From positions 1,121 through 65,120 of the forward strand of contig CAYSCS010000079.1 in assembly GCA_964429695.1 (NCBI GenBank): a stretch of 64,000 nucleotides of DNA. The letters are read 5' to 3'. A program made the translations under genes and the position numbers. The notes under the pieces were generated by a model. It was not told the DNA's origin. It saw only the letters and a list, made by a program, of their open reading frames with translations, and did not search any database. Numbering within the stretch: the stretch's first letter is position 1; every line of letters starts with the position of its first letter. Shown here piece after piece: positions 58,971 to 64,000 of this stretch. Source of the stretch: an uncultured Eubacteriales bacterium. Its GTDB lineage: Bacteria; Acidobacteriota; Aminicenantia; Aminicenantales; Aminicenantaceae.

Positions 58971-59783
58971 ATGAAAATGATTGATTTACATTCTCATATT
59001 CTTCCTGGAGTGGATGACGGAGCAAGGTCCATTAAAGAATCTCTTGAAATGGCAAGAGTGGCATTTAGCGACCGGATTCGTACCATAGTTGCCACTCCTC
59101 ATCTTTTTAGGAGAAATTATCCTCAGACAAACTTTGGAATTATCCATAAAAAAATTGATGAACTTAGAGAAGCACTGGCTGAGAATAATATTGAAATTGA
59201 AATCTTAAGAGGAGCTGAGGTGCATGTTTCTCATAACATAATCGATGAGATTAAGGTTCATAGGGAAGATTTACTCCTCAATAAGGGTTCCTATTTATTC
59301 GTTGAATTTCCTTCTGAACATGTTTTTTCTGGAGTTAAAGATGTTTTTTTTAAAATCATGAACGAAGGAATTACCCCTATTATTGCTCATCCCGAAAGGA
59401 ACTCTGATTTCTCTCGAAGGCCATATTTGCTCTATGAATTGATTCAAATGGGAGCACTTTCTCAAGTGAATAGCGGAAGCTTCTCAGGAATCTATGGAAG
59501 AGAAGCAGAGCTAAGCGTTTTTCGTTTTCTTAAATTAAATCTGATTCATTTAATTGCAAGCGATGCTCACTCAGTTAATCGGATCCCTCCCCGGCTTTCC
59601 AAGGCAAGGGAAAGAGTAAGGTTAGTTTCAGGAGAGAAGATAGCCTGGTCGCTCGTCAAAGATAATCCACAGGCCATACTGGATAATAGAGATATCCCTT
59701 TTTTCCCTGACCCCGTAGATCCCAGAGAAAATGAGAAATCTTTGAAAATAAGGCTTCCGCATTTTTTTAGGAGAAGAGTTTAG
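58971..59783 (+). CDS. CpsB/CapC-type PHP tyrosine phosphatase
   Basis: IDLHSHILPGVDDGA, ATPH, AHPERN, ASDAH. Confidence 0.92.
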   Translation: MKMIDLHSHILPGVDDGARSIKESLEMARVAFSDRIRTIVATPHLFRRNYPQTNFGIIHKKIDELREALAENNIEIEILRGAEVHVSHNIIDEIKVHREDLLLNKGSYLFVEFPSEHVFSGVKDVFFKIMNEGITPIIAHPERNSDFSRRPYLLYELIQMGALSQVNSGSFSGIYGREAELSVFRFLKLNLIHLIASDAHSVNRIPPRLSKARERVRLVSGEKIAWSLVKDNPQAILDNRDIPFFPDPVDPRENEKSLKIRLPHFFRRRV

Positions 59784-59809
59784 TCAGAATAAACTTAGAG
59801 TGTAAAATT

Positions 59810-60867
59810 GGTCGTTGGCTAATCCATGGTATTAAGGTTGGGAAGAGTTTCTGGTAGAGGTCGGTAAGTTTATCCAGCTGCATCATTGGAAAAAAAGCCA
59901 CCAGCTTTGAACACTCACGTTCCATCCTCAACTTCTTGAAGGGTGTCATTCCCAGGGTCGAGTGATAGCGTAAGGTATTATACATGAATTGCCACCGCAG
60001 GGCTCTGAAGTAAAAATCTTTCAAGTCAGCGCAACGCTCTATCTGCGGGATGTAAAACTCATTATCGTCAGTCTGATGCGAGCGTTCGACAAAAGCCTGA
60101 TACTCTTTCTTGCCCTTGGGAATGTGCACCAGCTCCGCCTGAAGTGGGGAGAACACGTTGCCGGTTCAGGTACTCTAACTTATCCACCGATTTACCCCCA
60201 AACTCCTCGCCGTTATCCGTCTGAAGGGTTATCTTATGCTCCAGGCCAAAACTTCGCAGAAAGTAAATCAGACTCAGCATGAAGAGAAGTCCGTTAGTAA
60301 AGGTCTTCTCAAAGGAGTAGGCGATAAACCTCAGCCTGGTTTTGACATCGATGGCTGTCCACTAATAGGCAGGGATGTTTATCCTCTTAGCCCAGCGCAG
60401 AGTCTGCTTAGAGAGGGTAGTGGCATCATACACCTCCTTCAGGTCAACCTGAAAGTGCTGTAAGGGATAAAGGGGCTCAAAATCATAGAAGCGGTTGCGC
60501 CTTCTGTATCTCGACCGCTTATACTTACCGCTGAGCTTATAACGGCGTAGGACATAACGGACCGTGGATGGCTTTATCTCGACCCCACGTTCCCGCAGTA
60601 TCCGGGCTAACCGCTCTCTCCCATAGCCGCTCTTCTTCCTCTCCGCTATAACCATCGCCTCCACCGCCACCGATCCTTCAGCCCTTCTTCCCCTGCCTCC
60701 TGCCATCGCCTTACCACCTTCCGCACCGTCTTCCTAGTGCTCCGATACAACCTCGATACCTCCGAGATACTACCCATCTCCTCATAGGCCTTTACTATCG
60801 CTTTCTTGGCTAAAATAGCTGAGCCCTTGTAAATCTCATAATAAATGGGGTATATATATTCTCTCAT
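59810..60867 (-). pseudogene. IS481-family (rve) transposase pseudogene
   Basis: HTH (RKTVRKVVRRWQEAGEEGLKDR), GRERLA, FQVDLK, Y*WTAIDVKTR, QTDNGEEF, VERSHQTDDNEFY, YN..RYH. Frameshift near 60670, TAG at 60364-60362, frameshift near 60158. Confidence 0.85.
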
Positions 60868-61054
60868 TTGGGCTTGGGTTTCCTCCTTCCATTTAAAAGT
60901 TTAAACAAAACTTTTAAGGGAGGAAGCCCTGCTTTTTCAAGGACTAATTTGATAAAGGCCTTGGCTTCTTCAGCCCCGCCACCAACTGCCGGACTATCCC
61001 TACGCCTCTTCCATATACTCCCCTTAACCTGGATACAATGTCCTAACCCAAAAG
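59810..61054 (-). mobile_element. Degenerate IS481-like element
   Basis: Flanked by AAAATT at 59804-59809 and 61055-61060 (candidate 6-bp TSD); imperfect IR 59815-59839 versus 61026-61050 (17/25 matches); contains a fragmented integrase-core transposase. Confidence 0.7.
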
Positions 61055-61064
61055 AAAATTTGCC

Positions 61065-61093
61065 TTGACTTCCTATTAAAATGGTCTTATTAT
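61065..61093 (+). promoter_or_regulatory. Sigma70-like promoter of the 61125 gene
   Basis: TTGACT(61065-61070)-17 bp-TATTAT(61088-61093), followed by SD GAGGAGG. Confidence 0.65.
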
Positions 61094-61124
61094 TTAAATT
61101 AGATTAAAGGCAGAGGAGGATTCA

Positions 61125-61931
61125 ATGTTTTTCAAGTCCAAAAAGTCCATTTACGGAGCAGGGCTTGCTTTAATTTTGATGTTTCTTTTGGGCTCACTAA
61201 AGGCAGAGACTATTGAAAAAGGAAATATCATTGGTTTTATCTATACAAAAGATGGGACTACCCCTTTAGAGGGCGCCATTATTAGGGTTGAGAACATCTC
61301 AACAAGATCTACTTTTGAAAGTACTATCTCAGATAAAAATGGAATATTTAAGATTGAAGGAATAGAACAAGGTGTCTATGTTTTGGGTGTAAAGACCTCT
61401 GAAGGAGAATTTAACCTTGAGGATGTAATAGGATTAAAAATAAGATCCAACGAAACTGCTAAGATGTCTCTTTCAGTAAATCCTTATGATAAAGAAGTTG
61501 CTTCTGCAGTTCAAGAAGTATACGTTGACCAGGAAATTTCTGGCGAATCATTAATCGGCACTGTGATTGATTATAATGAAGCCACAAGAACAGCTGTAGT
61601 CTCCATCATCAAAGGATTGTTGAGAATCAACGATAGAATCCATGCTAAGGGACAGAAGACTGATTTCTATCAAAATGTTAGGGCGATAAGAAAAGAAGGA
61701 GCGCTCGTACAGATCGTCCTGGCAGGTCAGGTTGCGACAATTGAAGTCAAGAAAAAAGTTGAAAAAAATGATTTAATTTATTCGGCAAAAAAAAGAGGTA
61801 TCTTGCCCCTCTTCATAGCTCCTATAGGGGGTGTGACCCTGCTTGCAGCAAGTGCAGCTGTTTTGCATGGCACAATAAACATTGACGAAGAACCAGATCA
61901 AATTTCTCCTTTCAAGAAGGAGCTGCCTTAA
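61125..61931 (+). CDS. Secreted carboxypeptidase-regulatory-like domain protein with C-terminal hydrophobic tail
   Basis: Signal peptide (..SLKA/ET), GNIIGFIY..DG.TPLEGA...SDKNG.F.I.GI..G.Y beta-sandwich motif, second beta domain, tail KKRG-hydrophobic-DEEPDQISPFK. Confidence 0.7.
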   Translation: MFFKSKKSIYGAGLALILMFLLGSLKAETIEKGNIIGFIYTKDGTTPLEGAIIRVENISTRSTFESTISDKNGIFKIEGIEQGVYVLGVKTSEGEFNLEDVIGLKIRSNETAKMSLSVNPYDKEVASAVQEVYVDQEISGESLIGTVIDYNEATRTAVVSIIKGLLRINDRIHAKGQKTDFYQNVRAIRKEGALVQIVLAGQVATIEVKKKVEKNDLIYSAKKRGILPLFIAPIGGVTLLAASAAVLHGTINIDEEPDQISPFKKELP

Positions 61932-62383
61932 AGCTTCTGTTTCCTCGATTTAAGAAATTCTCATTTATCTCTAAAATAAATTGCCTATTTTTCTCTATTT
62001 TTTAGAGAGGTCGTCAAGAATATTAAATTCAGAAAAGAAAAATTCAAAGATAAACCTACGGTAAGACTAAAGTAAGATCTATTTAAGACTCGAGTTTAAC
62101 TTTTTCCTGAGAAATATGCAAGGTGGAGGATTAAGGGCAATTGAAAGTTTATCTTATAAATTAGGCTCTTCTCCAAAATTAGGTGCTGAAAATATAAGAA
62201 AAGAGGGATAGATCTCTTCTTTTATGAGAATTAAGATTGATAAAAGTATAAAGAAATCTCTTCTTTCTTCCCTAGCTAATATCCCAACTCTTAATTTCAC
62301 CGTCTCTTCAATAATATTTTTCATTTATGGGAAAAAATATTTACATTTATCCATTAATAGGGATAAGGTCTTTAAATAAATGC

Positions 62384-62412
62384 TTGCTCCTTGAAAATCG
62401 AAATTCTATAAT
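62384..62412 (+). promoter_or_regulatory. Sigma70-like promoter of pyrE
   Basis: TTGCTC(62384-62389)-17 bp-TATAAT(62407-62412). Confidence 0.6.
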
Positions 62413-62453
62413 ACAGCGAGGAATTAAGATTTTAGGAGAAAGATTTAGACTAC

Positions 62454-63065
62454 ATGTCAAGAAATATTGAAAAAGAAGTTTTATCCCTCTTTAAAGAATG
62501 TGATGCGCTTCTTAGGGGACATTTCAAACTCACTTCTGGAAAGCACTCTGAATGGTATTTTGAAAAAATACGACTCATAGAAAAGCCAGCTACTCTCGAA
62601 AGGCTTGTCAACCTTCTTGTGGAGAGAATTTTAGAAAAAGGAGAAAAATTTGATTACATAGTTTCTCCTGCTTATGGAGCAATTGCCATTGGATTTCTGA
62701 CCGCCCTTAAGCTCAAAAAGAGGTTTGCCTTTACTCAAAGACTAGAGGAGAAGATGAGTTTACGCTCATCTTTTTCGGGAATTGAAGGAGGACGAGCTTT
62801 GATTGTGGAAGATGTGGTCACAACTGGGGGTTCTGTCAAGGAGGTCGTGGATTGTCTTAAACAAAAAGGAGTGATAGTGACTGGCATCTTCTCACTTGTG
62901 GATAGAAGCGGTGGTGAGCTCCTCATTGAAGGACAAGGAGTAAAGAGCCTCTTGGCCATGAAGGTGGAAAACTTTGAACCTGAAGATTGCCCTCTTTGTA
63001 AAGCAAGAATTCCGATTATGAAACCTGGCGCATCTGATAAAAAGAGTTTAATCAATTTGGATTAA
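62454..63065 (+). CDS. pyrE: Orotate phosphoribosyltransferase
   Basis: GHFKLTSGKHS, PRPP motif IVEDVVTTGGS, VDRS, CPLC..KPG. Confidence 0.92.
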   Translation: MSRNIEKEVLSLFKECDALLRGHFKLTSGKHSEWYFEKIRLIEKPATLERLVNLLVERILEKGEKFDYIVSPAYGAIAIGFLTALKLKKRFAFTQRLEEKMSLRSSFSGIEGGRALIVEDVVTTGGSVKEVVDCLKQKGVIVTGIFSLVDRSGGELLIEGQGVKSLLAMKVENFEPEDCPLCKARIPIMKPGASDKKSLINLD

Positions 63066-63232
63066 CTTCTTGATAGAGAAATAAGAAGGGGGAATTAAAT
63101 AATAAATTCTTCTTTCAAAAGGGGTGTTAATTTAGTTTTGAAAAAAGAAGATTTTTTTTATAGGGTTACTCCCAGGGAATAATATCTCAAGGAAACTTCA
63201 AGTGGCGAGGGAACCATCTCCTCCATTTTGTT

Positions 63233-64000
63233 TCATTTTATGGTAAAAGCAACTTTTTTTTCTAAGGTTTTATTTGAGTTTTTATCATGAATTTTAATAA
63301 GGAAAATATATTTTCCTGATTTTAAGGGCGACAAGGGAAATTCTGTTCCACTCAAGATGGCTTTTTCCTCCTTTATTTTTCTTTTGATTTCCTGTGCTTT
63401 TAGCCTATAGATTCTTTCAGAAGCAATGATGAAATATTCTATTCTCAAAAAAACTTCATCATCAATGATTTGGTAGTTATAAATCTGGAAAAGAACGTTT
63501 AAATTCTCTCTACGGGAGAAGACATTATCGAGCCGGGGGATGATTTTATAATGACCAAATAAATAATGCTCAAAATCTTCTTCTACTTTGAGATTTGGAA
63601 TGGAGATAACCTGGGGGGACATCACAACAGAACTTATATCCAGTTCTCCGCGGGAAAAATCAGGTACATCGAGATTAGACTTGAGCAAGGCATGTTTCTC
63701 ATTTTTCTTGTTTCTCAAACCAAAATAAAGTGTGTAATTACCTGGCGATAAGGGGAAACCTAACTGGGCGATCACTTTGTGCTGACCTTCTTTCTCCGTT
63801 TTTAGCGCTTTAAAAATTTCTTCTCTTTCTTCTCTCTCATTTTCCATCCAACCAAAAAAGATGAATTCTTCTCCATCTTTGAGGTTAGATTTTTTTAGGT
63901 CAATTTCAATTAGAAAAGAGACAAAGGATGAACCATCCCTGGCACGTGTGAAGAAGGGACTCCACTTGAGATAAATTTGATGAAATTCAATTCCTTTAGA
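63233..64000 (-). CDS. C-terminal part of a protein with an Ig-like domain typical of GWxTD/VWA proteins (5'-truncated)
   Basis: Frame open from 64000; LSPG.YTL, VPDF...L.ISS, IPR...F...E.L.V.FQIYN, PL..L..GKY...I.I.D......F pattern. Confidence 0.55.
   Translation of the reverse strand, partial: SKGIEFHQIYLKWSPFFTRARDGSSFVSFLIEIDLKKSNLKDGEEFIFFGWMENEREEREEIFKALKTEKEGQHKVIAQLGFPLSPGNYTLYFGLRNKKNEKHALLKSNLDVPDFSRGELDISSVVMSPQVISIPNLKVEEDFEHYLFGHYKIIPRLDNVFSRRENLNVLFQIYNYQIIDDEVFLRIEYFIIASERIYRLKAQEIKRKIKEEKAILSGTEFPLSPLKSGKYIFLIKIHDKNSNKTLEKKVAFTIK

Noticed and set aside
59801-61037. TGT(59801)..ACA(61037) as canonical IS481 ends
   Set aside because: The sequences inside these triplets are not complementary and have no flanking duplication; the AAAATT-bounded ends fit better.
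62154-62324. 56-codon minus-strand ORF (MKNIIEETVKLRVG..) between the tail-protein gene and pyrE
   Set aside because: No SD or recognisable motif; expected by chance.

Overview
AT-rich diderm bacterial DNA. Gene content (a GWxTD/VWA-type C-terminal domain, a carboxypeptidase-regulatory-domain protein) weakly suggests an Acidobacteriota/Aminicenantes-like organism; this is unverified. Layout: (1) 1-13.3 kb, + strand: alpha-2-macroglobulin (5'-truncated)-pbpC, RidA, an FmdB zinc ribbon, hydantoinase/oxoprolinase A+B and an NRAMP-like transporter. (2) 13.3-24.1 kb, - strand: tRNA-fMet, rlmN, HAD phosphatase, radical SAM/SPASM, Zn-ADH, lsrF, a C-N hydrolase with an apparent ATT start, a decayed RfaH/UpxY-type NusG paralog, DegT aminotransferase, glmS and a racemase. 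(3) An apparently intact two-ORF IS (Cys/His small protein plus IS4-superfamily DDE transposase) at 24117-26494. (4) A ~33 kb Wzx/Wzy surface-polysaccharide locus with an ops-like site in its leader. Its distal part appears separately promoted: geranylgeranyl-reductase homolog, OM beta-barrel, Wzc, a second Wzy_C ligase/OTase, membrane-anchored TPR protein, priming transferase, short non-lipidated Wza and PHP phosphatase. After a degenerate IS481-like insertion comes a secreted protein with an unusual basic-hydrophobic-acidic-SP C-terminal tail. (5) pyrE and a truncated CDS. The most interesting hypothesis is a protein-anchored capsule/O-glycosylation system in the distal module. All calls are from reading motifs by eye; no searches were run.
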